Shown here piece by piece: positions 26,591-35,985 of a DNA stretch of 52,616 nt. The stretch covers positions 1 to 52,616 of the forward strand of contig JAGVXK010000022.1 in assembly GCA_018303825.1 (NCBI GenBank), given 5' to 3'. The translations under genes were made by a program, and so were the position numbers. Numbering within the stretch: position 1 is the first letter of the stretch; every line of letters begins with the position of its first letter. Below the pieces are notes generated by a model. It made no database searches. It saw only the letters and a program-made list of their open reading frames with translations, and was not told the DNA's origin. The DNA is from Candidatus Pacearchaeota archaeon (lineage in GTDB: Archaea; Nanobdellota; Nanobdellia; Pacearchaeales; GW2011-AR1).

Positions 26591-26889
26591 TGGATGCACA
26601 AAAAGAATGGATGTGGAGAGAGAGATTTAAGGAAGTAGCAGGCGATATAAAGAAGTATGAAAGCGAAGTTCCCTTTCTCGAAGATTTGGATAATAAGCAT
26701 CAATTTATTGTTGATAGATGGAAACCTATCTTAAATTATAGAATGATATGGATAAATTACGGAATAGGATGTGCAAGAAACGATTTCATTAGCAGAAAAT
26801 ATCTGGCTCCCTTCCAGAATTTAAATTTAAGATTAGAACAATTATACCAAAGACTAGGAATAGAAATTCCAGAGGTTCTTAGAGCATGA
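26590..26889 (+). CDS. Hypothetical protein inserted between rps17 and rpl14
   Basis: TAATG overlap with rps17, ATGA overlap with rpl14, internal GAGGT SD for rpl14. Confidence 0.7.
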   Translation: MDAQKEWMWRERFKEVAGDIKKYESEVPFLEDLDNKHQFIVDRWKPILNYRMIWINYGIGCARNDFISRKYLAPFQNLNLRLEQLYQRLGIEIPEVLRA

Positions 26890-27287
26890 AAGCAATATCA
26901 GCAAGAGTGACTCGTGGTTTGGCAATTGGGAGTAATGTCCTAGCCGCAGATAATAGTGGAGCGAGAATTGTAAGAATCACCGGAGTAAAGCATGGAAAAA
27001 CAAAGAAAGCAAGACAGCAGTATGCAAAAGTCGGAGATTGGGTCAAAGTCACAGTAAAAGCTGGAAAGCCAGATATGAGGGGTCTTTTGTTCGATGCAGT
27101 AATAATAAGACAAAGAAAATCCTATAGAAGATTAACAGGAGAAAGAGTTTGTTTTGAAGACAACGCAGTTGCATTATTAAAAGATGAAAAGGGAAATCCA
27201 AAAGGAACCCAGATTAAAGGCCCTGTGGCAAGAGAGATTCATGAAAGATGGAAAGAGGTCGCCAAAATAGCGGATTTTGTACTATGA
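26886..27287 (+). CDS. rpl14: 50S ribosomal protein L14
   Basis: ADNSGA, AVIIRQRK, FEDNAVAL, PKGTQIKGPVARE. Confidence 0.97.
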   Translation: MKAISARVTRGLAIGSNVLAADNSGARIVRITGVKHGKTKKARQQYAKVGDWVKVTVKAGKPDMRGLLFDAVIIRQRKSYRRLTGERVCFEDNAVALLKDEKGNPKGTQIKGPVAREIHERWKEVAKIADFVL

Positions 27288-27532
27288 AACCATTAGTTAC
27301 GGTAAAATATAAAGGAATGAAGCAGCAAGTAGAAGGGAAAGTAGTAGATATATTTGAATTTGGGTCCAGAACGCATGTTAGAATTGGGGCCGAAATAGAA
27401 TTCGATGGAATAAATGAGAAAGCAGTATTTGATTTTGTAACTAGTTGTCCAAACAGGGAACTAAGACTAACTGGTTATTTGCTTATTGCTTCTAAAGATT
27501 ATATTTCTATTGGACAGGGAGCATCAGAATGA
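27284..27532 (+). CDS. Hypothetical protein inserted between rpl14 and rpl24
   Basis: 82 aa from ATG 27284; ATGA overlaps at both ends. Confidence 0.7.
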   Translation: MKPLVTVKYKGMKQQVEGKVVDIFEFGSRTHVRIGAEIEFDGINEKAVFDFVTSCPNRELRLTGYLLIASKDYISIGQGASE

Positions 27533-28029
27533 AAAACGAATTTTCCACTGCCTGGCAATCATCCTTGCAGCCTAGAAAGCAAAGAAAATATAATTACAAT
27601 GCCCCATTGCACAGAAAGCATAAGTTTTTAAGCGCTAATTTATCAAAAGAATTAAGGAAAAAGTATGGCAAGAGAAATCTTCCCCTCAGGAAAGGGGATG
27701 AGGTGCTTGTCATGCGTGGTTTTTTCAGGAAGAAGAAAGCAAAAGTATCTTCCGTCGATATAAAGCGGGGGTTGGCAACTCTGGAAAATTTGCAAAGAAC
27801 TAAGAAAGATGGTTCCAAAGTAAATGTTTATTTCCAGCCAAGCAAGCTTCAAATTACTGCATTAGAACTAGGAGATAAGAAGAGACTGGAAGCCTTAGAT
27901 AGAAAGGCAGCTCAGAAAATATCGAAGCAAGTCAATGCACAACCAAAGCAGGAAAAACAACTAAAAGAAAATCCGGCAAAAGAAAAATCAGGAAAAGAAA
28001 TTAAGGAAAAGAAAAATGCATCAAACTAG
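27529..28029 (+). CDS. rpl24: 50S ribosomal protein L24
   Basis: QPRKQRK, LSKELRKKYG, RKGDEVLVMRG, FQPSKLQI. Confidence 0.96.
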   Translation: MKNEFSTAWQSSLQPRKQRKYNYNAPLHRKHKFLSANLSKELRKKYGKRNLPLRKGDEVLVMRGFFRKKKAKVSSVDIKRGLATLENLQRTKKDGSKVNVYFQPSKLQITALELGDKKRLEALDRKAAQKISKQVNAQPKQEKQLKENPAKEKSGKEIKEKKNASN

Positions 28030-28633
28030 GAAGGAAGTAATATGGAAAATACCCATAGAAAGGAAAGGGAACAAATATGTAGCTAGGGCGCTGTCAAATA
28101 TACCTGAGTCTATCCCTGTCGTCATTGCAATAAGGGATGTTTTGAAGCTGGCGAAGACTGCAAAAGAAGTAAAAGCAATGATTCATAATAAATTATTAAA
28201 GTTGAATGGCAGGTTTGTCAGAGATATAAATGAAAGCATTAATTTATTCAACATTATTGAAGCAGACAAAAAATATGTTCTTTTCTTGTTGCCAACTGGA
28301 AGATTCACATTCAAAGAAACAAAAGACAATGAAAGATTATGCAAAGTTATTTCAAGAACATTGCTTCCCAAAGGAAAGATTCAGCTAAATATGCATGATG
28401 GCACTAATGTTATTGGAAGCAAGGACATTAAAGTAGGGGATTCTGTTTACCTTGATTTCTCTGGAAAAATAAAATCTCATGTTTCATTTGGTAAAGGAAA
28501 ATCTTGCATTGTCATGTCTGGAAAATATGAGGGTCTTTCTGGAAAAATAACTTCTATAAAAGATTCCAAGGCATTAATCAAATTAAATGATGAGGAATCT
28601 GAACTTCCAATCAGTTCAGTTATAGTATTATGA
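28016..28633 (+). CDS. rps4e: 30S ribosomal protein S4e
   Basis: SIPVVIAIRDVLKLA, RLCKV, IQLNMHDGTN, KVGDSV. Confidence 0.93.
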   Translation: MHQTRKEVIWKIPIERKGNKYVARALSNIPESIPVVIAIRDVLKLAKTAKEVKAMIHNKLLKLNGRFVRDINESINLFNIIEADKKYVLFLLPTGRFTFKETKDNERLCKVISRTLLPKGKIQLNMHDGTNVIGSKDIKVGDSVYLDFSGKIKSHVSFGKGKSCIVMSGKYEGLSGKITSIKDSKALIKLNDEESELPISSVIVL

Positions 28634-29163
28634 AGGCAAAACAATTAGTTGTGAAAAATGAATCTGACAATCCAATGAGACAGGTGAAAATAGAAAAAAT
28701 TCTCCTAAGTTCTGGAGCAGTTGACAAGGAACTGGAAAAAGCAAAAAAACTTCTTGAATTTATTTCCGGAATGAAAGCTCAAATAGTCACTTCTCAAAAA
28801 AGAATTCCGGATTTTGGAGTCCGTCCCGGATTGGAAGTGGGAACAAGAGTTACAATAAGAGGAGAGAAAGCAATCGAATTATTAAGAAGGCTTCTTGGAG
28901 CGATGGATAATATATTGAAGAAGAAGCAGGTTTCAGATAATCATTTCTCATTCGGCATCCCAGAATACATTGATATTCCCGGAATGGAATATCAGAGAGA
29001 TATCGGAATCAGAGGATTCAATATAACTGTTGTTTTTGCCCGCCCGGGATTAAGGGTAAAAAGAAAGAAAATTAAGCAAGGCACAGTGCCAAGAAAGCAA
29101 TTTGTTTCAAAAGAAGAAATAATAAAATATATGGAGGAAAGCTTCAGGACGAAGTTCAAATAA
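28630..29163 (+). CDS. rpl5: 50S ribosomal protein L5
   Basis: NPMRQVKIEK, IPDFGVRPG, FSFGIPEYIDIPG. Confidence 0.97.
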   Translation: MKAKQLVVKNESDNPMRQVKIEKILLSSGAVDKELEKAKKLLEFISGMKAQIVTSQKRIPDFGVRPGLEVGTRVTIRGEKAIELLRRLLGAMDNILKKKQVSDNHFSFGIPEYIDIPGMEYQRDIGIRGFNITVVFARPGLRVKRKKIKQGTVPRKQFVSKEEIIKYMEESFRTKFK

Positions 29164-29165
29164 GA

Positions 29166-29312
29166 ATGGAACATAAGAAAAAAGATAAAAGTATTAGCAG
29201 AGTGTTAGCAGAGAGAATATATATTGATAGAAAAGAGTTATTATCGCAATTATATGTAAATAGATTTAAGGACAGCGATTATGCCGGTTATTACAGAGGT
29301 GAATTAAAATGA
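29166..29312 (+). CDS. Unannotated 48-aa ORF between rpl5 and rps14
   Basis: [48 protein letters not shown]; starts 2 nt after the rpl5 stop; ATGA overlap with rps14. Confidence 0.55.
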   Translation: MEHKKKDKSISRVLAERIYIDRKELLSQLYVNRFKDSDYAGYYRGELK

Positions 29313-29539
29313 CAGCAAGCGATTGGAATAAATTAACAAGGCAATTAAAGGGAAAACCCGCAGTTTTAGACAAGTTTCTTAGACATAATAAGCCAAAGAT
29401 AAGAACTTCCGGGATAGCAAAGAGAAAATGCGAGCGCTGTGGCCGGTTCGGCGCCCATCTAAGGCAATATAATCTAAACTTATGCAGGCAATGCTTCAGA
29501 GAAATAGCTGAAGAAATTGGCTTCCACAAATATTCCTAA
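29309..29539 (+). CDS. rps14: 30S ribosomal protein S14 (Zn-binding type)
   Basis: CERCGR...[12 protein letters not shown]...GFHKY. Confidence 0.96.
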   Translation: MTASDWNKLTRQLKGKPAVLDKFLRHNKPKIRTSGIAKRKCERCGRFGAHLRQYNLNLCRQCFREIAEEIGFHKYS

Positions 29540-29540
29540 A

Positions 29541-29915
29541 ATGTCACAAAATATCGTTTCAGACGCATTGAATAAAATAATGAATGCAAAGAAAGCGAGA
29601 AAAACAACTGTTGAAATTAATTACCACTCTAAGCTTCTTTCGTCGATTTTAGCAATTGCTAAATTGAAGGGCTACATAAAGAGTTATAAGATTGATGGAA
29701 AGAAAATGGCTGTTGAAATAGACAAGTTAAATTATTGCAAGGCAATAACTCCAAGATATGCTGTTAAAGTGGACGAAATAGAGAAATATGAAAAAAGATA
29801 TCTTCCAGCGAAAAACTTCGGAGTAATTATTGTTTCAACTTCAAAAGGATTGATGAGTCATCAATCAGCCCAGGAAAAGAAAATAGGAGGAAGTTTAGTG
29901 GCATATTTCTACTAA
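29541..29915 (+). CDS. rps8: 30S ribosomal protein S8
   Basis: DALNKIMNA, YLPAKNFG, STSKGLMSH, GGSLVAYFY; start ATG 29541. Confidence 0.96.
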   Translation: MSQNIVSDALNKIMNAKKARKTTVEINYHSKLLSSILAIAKLKGYIKSYKIDGKKMAVEIDKLNYCKAITPRYAVKVDEIEKYEKRYLPAKNFGVIIVSTSKGLMSHQSAQEKKIGGSLVAYFY

Positions 29916-29923
29916 AATTTAAA

Positions 29924-30466
29924 ATGAAGACGCAAATAACAGAAAAAATACAGATTCCTGAAGGAGTTTCATGTTCTCTCGAAGATGGAGTGATAAAATG
30001 TTCAAAATCAGGAGTTGAACTATCAAGAAATTTAAAAATTCCAAGAGTCGAAGTTAAAACAGAAGGAAGAGAAATAGTTTTCAATTGTGAAAGGGGAAAT
30101 AAAATACAATTAAAATCAATAAGAGCAAATCTTGCCCATTTAAGAAATATGTTTCTCGGTTTGGAAAAGAAATATGTTTATTCTCTTGAATCTTGCAATG
30201 TTCATTTCCCTATGATATTAAAAGTAGAGAAGGACAAGTTAATAATAAATAACTTTTTAGGGGAAAAAGTTCCAAGAACTGCTGTGATTCTGCCAAACGT
30301 TGAAGTCCAAATTAAAGGAGCCAAGATTGCAGTGAGCTCTCATGACAGGGAAGCTGCTGGACAGACTGCTGCCAATTTTGAGAAAGCAACAATTGTAAGA
30401 AATCGTGATAGAAGAGTATTCCAGGATGGAATTTACATAACTGAAAAACCCGGGAGAGAACTATAA
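29924..30466 (+). CDS. rpl6: 50S ribosomal protein L6
   Basis: IPEGV, NVHFPM, NNFLGEK, AGQTAAN, DRRVFQDGIYI. Confidence 0.97.
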   Translation: MKTQITEKIQIPEGVSCSLEDGVIKCSKSGVELSRNLKIPRVEVKTEGREIVFNCERGNKIQLKSIRANLAHLRNMFLGLEKKYVYSLESCNVHFPMILKVEKDKLIINNFLGEKVPRTAVILPNVEVQIKGAKIAVSSHDREAAGQTAANFEKATIVRNRDRRVFQDGIYITEKPGREL

Positions 30467-30828
30467 TGAAAAAATTCATAAGAACAGATTATTGGAGGCA
30501 TTCCAGATTGGGAAAGAGAAGAAAGAAACTGCAGGTCTGGAGAAGGGCAAGGGGAAAGCACAGCAAAATCAGGAGAAGGAGAAAAGGATACCCTGCAATA
30601 CCTATTATAGGCTATAAGCAACCAATGAAAGATTCTGGAAAAATAAATAATCTTCTTCCAGTTGTAGTCAATAATGTCAAAGAAGTTGAAAAGATAAACA
30701 AAAATCAAGGAATAATTATTGCATCAAGAGTTGGAGCAAGAAAGAAATTAGACATAATAAAGAAAGCAGAGTCGATGAAGATTCAGATATTAAATCTTGG
30801 AAAAGAAACTAAGGAGGCAAGAAAATGA
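30466..30828 (+). CDS. rpl32e: 50S ribosomal protein L32e
   Basis: WRRARGKHSKIR, PIIGY, VGARKK. Confidence 0.93.
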   Translation: MKKFIRTDYWRHSRLGKRRKKLQVWRRARGKHSKIRRRRKGYPAIPIIGYKQPMKDSGKINNLLPVVVNNVKEVEKINKNQGIIIASRVGARKKLDIIKKAESMKIQILNLGKETKEARK

Positions 30829-31226
30829 AGCTTGAGAACAAAAAAGACCTTGTTGCCAGAACTCTTGGAGTCGGCAAGAGAAGAATAATTTTCCACAACG
30901 CAAGGCTACTTGAAATAAAAGAAGCAATTACCAAGCAGGATATAAGAGATTTAGTAAAGGAAGGTGCGATAATTCTGCGCCCAATTATGGGAAGAAAAAA
31001 GATAGTCAAGAGAAAATACAGAAGACATGCAGGTAAAATCAGAATGAAAGTCGTTGATAAAAAGAGAAAATATATTCTAATAACAAGAAAACTAAGAAAA
31101 TACCTGGCTGTTTTAAGAAAAACAGAGAAAATTTCAGATGAAGATTACATGAAATTAAGAAAAGAAATCAAGGCATCATCATTCAGAGACATGGCTCATT
31201 TTAGAGAGAGGATATCGCAAATATGA
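30825..31226 (+). CDS. rpl19e: 50S ribosomal protein L19e
   Basis: LGVGKRRI, AITKQDIRDLVKEGAI. Confidence 0.93.
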   Translation: MKLENKKDLVARTLGVGKRRIIFHNARLLEIKEAITKQDIRDLVKEGAIILRPIMGRKKIVKRKYRRHAGKIRMKVVDKKRKYILITRKLRKYLAVLRKTEKISDEDYMKLRKEIKASSFRDMAHFRERISQI

Positions 31227-31699
31227 AAGGAATTGGAAAAACAATAAGAAGGAGAAGAAAAGAAGGAAAGACTGATTATAAAGCAAGATTAGCTCTGCTT
31301 TCCTCTGAAAAGCCAAGATTAGTAATTAGGAAAACTAATAGATATATCCTAGCACAAATAGTTGAATCCAACATAGCCCAGGATAAGGTAGTCTTTGCAG
31401 TAAATTCAAAAGAACTATTGGCAAGAGGCTGGCCTAAAGAGCTTTCTGGAAGCTTGAAATCTCTTTCAGCTGCTTATTTAACTGGGAAATTGCTTGGAGA
31501 TAAGGCAAAGGCAAAAATAAAAGAAGCCATAATAGATTTTGGGATGAACAGAAATATAAAAAAATCTAGAATATATGCTGCCGTTAAAGGATTCATAGAT
31601 TCAGGAATAAAAGTCCCCTGCAGTCTCGAAGTCCTGCCGACAATAGAAGAGCTTAAAAAGGATGAAAAAACCGCTTCATTAATGGAGAAAATAAAGTAA
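31223..31699 (+). CDS. rpl18: 50S ribosomal protein L18
   Basis: RRRRKEGKTDYKARL, RLVIRKTN, AAYLTGKL. Confidence 0.96.
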   Translation: MKGIGKTIRRRRKEGKTDYKARLALLSSEKPRLVIRKTNRYILAQIVESNIAQDKVVFAVNSKELLARGWPKELSGSLKSLSAAYLTGKLLGDKAKAKIKEAIIDFGMNRNIKKSRIYAAVKGFIDSGIKVPCSLEVLPTIEELKKDEKTASLMEKIK

Positions 31700-31753
31700 A
31701 ATGGCAGATAAGATTTATGAAGTCTTAAGAAAGCGAGGTTCAATAAATTGAAA

Positions 31754-32566
31754 ATGGCAGAAAAAGAAACACCCGGCAAACCAAAGATTTTGGTCGAAGC
31801 TCTTCCTGAAGAATTGGAGGCAATAGAGAAAACCATAGAGGAAGAAATAAAAGAGGCTCCAGCAAAAAGATTGACAAGGGCAGAATTTACTGCCCAAAAA
31901 GAAAAGGAGACAAGAGAAAGATCAATTGCATCCTGGGCTCCCAAAACAGAAATAGGAAAGAAAGTAAAATCTGGAGAACTAAAAGATATTGATGAAATTC
32001 TTGAAAAAGGAAAAAAGATTCTTGAGGCAGAGATAGTAGATTCTTTATTGAAATTGGAAATAGACCTTCTTTCTATCGGGCAGTCTAAAGGCAAATTTGG
32101 CGGGGGAAAAAGACGTGCTTGGAGGCAGACTCAAAAGAAGACAATGGAAGGAAATGTAACGACATTTTCCTGCATGGCTGTTGTCGGAGACAGGAAAGGA
32201 CACGTTGGTTTAGGAATAGGAAAATCACAAGAAACCTTGCCTTCCAGAGATAAGGCAGTTAGGAATGCAAAGTTGAATTTAATTAAAGTCATTCGCGGAT
32301 TTGAAAGTCCAGAGCATGAAAAAGACAAGTCAGATCCGCATACAGTCCCATTTAAAGTAACTGGAAAGTGCGGAAGTTCAAAAGTCACTTTAATTCCTGC
32401 GCCAAGAGGCACCGGTCTTGTTATAGGAAATGAATGCAAGAAAATCCTTAGGTTAGCCGGAATAAAAGATGTTTATAGCATGACTCTAGGACAGACAAGA
32501 ACAACAATAAACATGGCAAAAGCATGTGTAGATGCTCTAGTAAAGTTAAGGGAGTTTAAAGTATGA
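31754..32566 (+). CDS. rps5: 30S ribosomal protein S5
   Basis: WAPKTEIG, FSCMAVVG, VTGKCGS, LIPAPRGTGL; start ATG 31754. Confidence 0.97.
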   Translation: MAEKETPGKPKILVEALPEELEAIEKTIEEEIKEAPAKRLTRAEFTAQKEKETRERSIASWAPKTEIGKKVKSGELKDIDEILEKGKKILEAEIVDSLLKLEIDLLSIGQSKGKFGGGKRRAWRQTQKKTMEGNVTTFSCMAVVGDRKGHVGLGIGKSQETLPSRDKAVRNAKLNLIKVIRGFESPEHEKDKSDPHTVPFKVTGKCGSSKVTLIPAPRGTGLVIGNECKKILRLAGIKDVYSMTLGQTRTTINMAKACVDALVKLREFKV

Positions 32567-33000
32567 TAATCGCAATAAGAATTTCAGGTTTAGTAGAAAT
32601 TCCTCAAAAAGTGAATGAATCATTGTTCAGAATCAGGCTTAGAAGAAAATATTCTGCAGTTTTATTGCTTCCAATAGCTGAGAATCTTTCTATTTTGAAG
32701 AAGTTAAGGAATACGATTGCATATGGGAAGATAAACGATTCTACTCTTTCCGCACTTTTGGAAAAAAGAGCGCAATTAATTGATAAAAAGAAAAAAATAG
32801 ATTTTAAAGCAGTTGCAAATGAAATACTTAATCAGGAAAAGAAAGGAAAACTAGACCTTCAGAGTTTAGGAATAAAGCCTTTCTTCAGATTGCATCCTCC
32901 AAGAAAAGGAATAGAGACAAAAATTCATTTCCCTATAAGAAAAGGCGTTCTTGGAGACAACAAAGAAAAAATAAATGACTTAGTCAGGGGGATGTTATGA
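32563..33000 (+). CDS. rpl30: 50S ribosomal protein L30
   Basis: IAIRISG, FFRLHPPRKG, INDLVRGML. Confidence 0.95.
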   Translation: MIIAIRISGLVEIPQKVNESLFRIRLRRKYSAVLLLPIAENLSILKKLRNTIAYGKINDSTLSALLEKRAQLIDKKKKIDFKAVANEILNQEKKGKLDLQSLGIKPFFRLHPPRKGIETKIHFPIRKGVLGDNKEKINDLVRGML

Positions 33001-33027
33001 TTGGGCATAGAATGATACAGGAATTTG

Positions 33028-33045
33028 TAAGAACCTTGGTTCTTA
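33028..33045. repeat. 18-bp inverted repeat, copy 1
   Basis: TAAGAACC-TT-GGTTCTTA; identical to 40275-40292. Confidence 0.9.
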
Positions 33046-33058
33046 GGAGGATGTTGTA

Positions 33059-33343
33059 ATGGATTTCGCCTGGCAGTGCAAGTGTGGAAATATAGAATAT
33101 GATTCTTTCGAGCCGGAAGAATGTTTATCATGCGGCAAGATAGGCTCATTCGCACAAGTTCCTGAAGAACTTCTTGCAGAAAGAGAAAAAGATAGTTCAA
33201 TAGATGAGTTAGACCTTGACAATGAAATAGAGCATGAACTTAGCATCGAGAAAGCAGCAAAAACAAGACCATCAAAAACAAAGTCATTAAAATCAAAGAA
33301 GCCAAGCTTGGACAAGCCAAAAAGGAGAAATAAACGTAAATAA
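33059..33343 (+). CDS. Small rubredoxin-like Zn-ribbon protein with acidic and basic tail
   Basis: WQCKCG...PEECLSCG; preceded by AGGAGG. Confidence 0.7.
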   Translation: MDFAWQCKCGNIEYDSFEPEECLSCGKIGSFAQVPEELLAEREKDSSIDELDLDNEIEHELSIEKAAKTRPSKTKSLKSKKPSLDKPKRRNKRK

Positions 33344-33401
33344 AATGAAAAACGAGTTTATGGATGCTGGAGTCATAAGAACTCGCAGGAGGTTATTATA
33401 A

Positions 33402-33908
33402 ATGAAACTAACAAAGAGAAGAAAGAAATCAAGATTCAGAGGCTCAAAAACGCACAGAAGAGGATTCAAGAAGAAAGCAAGAGGAAGCGGACATAGAGGA
33501 GGATTCGGAATGTCAGGAACGGGAAAGCGGGGGGACCAGAAAAAATCAATGATAATCAACCTTTATGGAAATAATTATTTTGGAAGCGATAAAGCCATAA
33601 GGCGCCCTGTTAGAAAGAAAGCTCCTGCAATAAACATTGGAGATATAGAAAGAAACCTGTCATCTTACATCAAGCAAGGATTGGCCAAGGATAATAAAGG
33701 AAGTTATGAAATAAACCTAAATAATCATAAAATCTTAGGCGAGGGTGAAGTAGAACATAAGCTAATTATTAATGCTTTATTAGCTTCTCAATCGGCAATA
33801 GAAAAAGTCAAGAAAGCCGGCGGTAATATAATTGTTAAACAAAAAAGAGAATTAACACCAAAAGCAAAACCAGAATCTAAAGATAATAAGGTTGTGGAAA
33901 AGAAATAA
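33402..33908 (+). CDS. rpl15: 50S ribosomal protein L15
   Basis: RGSKTHRRG, RGSGHRGGFGMSG, KILGEG, AIEKVKKAGG. Confidence 0.96.
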   Translation: MKLTKRRKKSRFRGSKTHRRGFKKKARGSGHRGGFGMSGTGKRGDQKKSMIINLYGNNYFGSDKAIRRPVRKKAPAINIGDIERNLSSYIKQGLAKDNKGSYEINLNNHKILGEGEVEHKLIINALLASQSAIEKVKKAGGNIIVKQKRELTPKAKPESKDNKVVEKK

Positions 33909-33961
33909 TCTGCTAAAATATTTAAAAATAGATTTAAAAACTCCTTTTTTCTATCCTTAAA

Positions 33962-35353
33962 ATGGCTTTCAATATCAAGAGTATATTATACAATCTCCCA
34001 GAGGTGAAGCATCCTGCTGAAAAAAAGCTTTCATTCAACGTAAAACTAAAGTGGACGCTTATTATTCTAGGTGCGTTCTTCATCTTGGCAAACATTGCCC
34101 TGCATGGAATGTCAAACAACGCATTGTCAAGATTCGAATACCTAGCTATTATATTCGGAACAGATTTCGGCTCTGTCATTTCATTAGGTATTGGTCCTAT
34201 AGTTATGGCATCTATCATCCTGCAATTATTAGTAGGTTCCGGAATCTTGAAGATAGATACAAAAACAGAAGAAGGAAAGAAATATTTCCAGGGACTGCAA
34301 AAACTCGGAGTCATTTTCTTCATTATATTTGAGGCGCTTGTCTATGTTCTGATGGGTGGATTGCAGGCAGCTCCAGGATATACAGGAGTAGTTGTTTTTC
34401 AATTAATATTAGGCGGGATAGCAATAATGTTCATGGATGAGGTCTCAACAAAGTGGGGATTCGGCTCTGGAGTTTCCTTATTTATATTAGCGGGAGTCGC
34501 CTGGAGATTATTCACAGGGTTATTCCAGTTCATAGGAACAACTGGAGAAAACTGCCTGGTAGACTTTTCAAATACTCCCTGCACAGGAAATGTTCTTGTT
34601 ATTCTGCAGTCTGTGATAAATGGAGCTCCAAAAGAAGCCCTTGTTGCAATCGCAGCAATCGCAACAACAATATTAATCTTTTGCTTGGCAGTTTGGGCCC
34701 AAAATCTCAAAGTGGAAATTCCATTATCCTTCGAAAAGCTTAGGGGTTATGGAATAAAATGGCCGTTGGCATTTTTCTATACTTCTAATATTCCAGTCAT
34801 TCTTACAGCTGCTTTGGTGGCGAACGTTCAATTATTCGGAAGTCTAGTTGAAAATACTGTAGGCCATGCAACATTTCTTGGGGGATTTTCAAACGGGCAG
34901 GCTATCTCCGGATTAGCATTTTGGTTTGGCTCATCCAATGTTGTTGAATCAATTATAAGGGGAAGTCTGCAGACTTCGCAGATATTTCAGGCAATTTCTC
35001 ACTTAATATTTTATATGATTGTCTCTTCAGTATTTGCATTCTTCTGGGTAAAAACATCTGGGATGGATGAATCTTCTCAAGCCAAGAATATTATCGCATC
35101 TGGTTTGCAGATTCCAGGATTCAGGAAAGATCCCAGAGTTCTTGAATCTATTTTAAGAAGATATATTCTTCCTTTAACGTTAATGGGAGGACTGGCGATC
35201 GGAGCGCTTGCTTCTTTCGCTGATACTCTTGGAGCATTGACATCAGGAACAGCAATTCTTCTTGCAGTCATGATTGCATACCAGTTCTACCAGAACATCG
35301 CACAGCAGCATGCAATGGACATGCATCCTGCTATGAGAAAGATGATGGGTTAA
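33962..35353 (+). CDS. secY: Preprotein translocase subunit SecY
   Basis: LGIGPIVMASIILQLL, WGFGSGVSLFI, FFYTSNIPVIL, IPGFRKDPR. Confidence 0.97.
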   Translation: MAFNIKSILYNLPEVKHPAEKKLSFNVKLKWTLIILGAFFILANIALHGMSNNALSRFEYLAIIFGTDFGSVISLGIGPIVMASIILQLLVGSGILKIDTKTEEGKKYFQGLQKLGVIFFIIFEALVYVLMGGLQAAPGYTGVVVFQLILGGIAIMFMDEVSTKWGFGSGVSLFILAGVAWRLFTGLFQFIGTTGENCLVDFSNTPCTGNVLVILQSVINGAPKEALVAIAAIATTILIFCLAVWAQNLKVEIPLSFEKLRGYGIKWPLAFFYTSNIPVILTAALVANVQLFGSLVENTVGHATFLGGFSNGQAISGLAFWFGSSNVVESIIRGSLQTSQIFQAISHLIFYMIVSSVFAFFWVKTSGMDESSQAKNIIASGLQIPGFRKDPRVLESILRRYILPLTLMGGLAIGALASFADTLGALTSGTAILLAVMIAYQFYQNIAQQHAMDMHPAMRKMMG

Positions 35354-35423
35354 TTTTTAATTTTCATCGAATTTAAAAACCCTTTAGAATTCTATTATCC
35401 ATCTTAAAAGGAGCAAAAGAAAA

Positions 35424-35945
35424 ATGAAAGGGATGACAATTATGTTTGTTGTTATGATTCTTAGCCTGGGCATCGCTTCTCTTTGGAGTTCTATTCCTGC
35501 AATAAAAGACGGTGTTCATTCTGCATTAGACCCGACCTTGGGAATTCTAATGAATTGGAATGTTACCCTTGGATTGATAATTATAACTGGAGTTTTAACG
35601 TTTTTGATGACATTATTGCAAAAATATGCAACAGACCAAAATTTATTAAAGGAAATTAAAGATGAACAGAAGATAGTTCAGCAGGAAATGAAAACATACA
35701 AAGAGCATCCCGAGAAAAAAATGGAGCTTTCAAAAAAATCAATGGAGTTGATGATGAAATCAATGCCAATCACAATGCGCCCAGTACTATATACAATGGT
35801 TCCATTTATATTATTGATTAGATGGTTTGGAGATTATTTCATTGCAAATCCCGTAAGGATATGGTTTCTATCCGGTATCTGGGCGTACATAGTTTTTTCA
35901 ATCATGTGGTCAATGATTTTAAGAAAAGTTATGAAAGTGCACTAA
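35424..35945 (+). CDS. DUF106 / EMC3-TMCO1-like (Oxa1 superfamily) membrane protein
   Basis: Three TM segments with a coiled-coil after TM1 (LLKEIKDEQK...); conserved position after secY. Confidence 0.85.
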   Translation: MKGMTIMFVVMILSLGIASLWSSIPAIKDGVHSALDPTLGILMNWNVTLGLIIITGVLTFLMTLLQKYATDQNLLKEIKDEQKIVQQEMKTYKEHPEKKMELSKKSMELMMKSMPITMRPVLYTMVPFILLIRWFGDYFIANPVRIWFLSGIWAYIVFSIMWSMILRKVMKVH

Positions 35946-35985
35946 ACACAGAAATAATTATATACTTATTTTCCTTAAACTATCT

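Noticed and set aside
20117-35271. Minus-strand ORFs across pcn, the r-protein operon and secY
   Set aside because: Antisense to unambiguous housekeeping genes.
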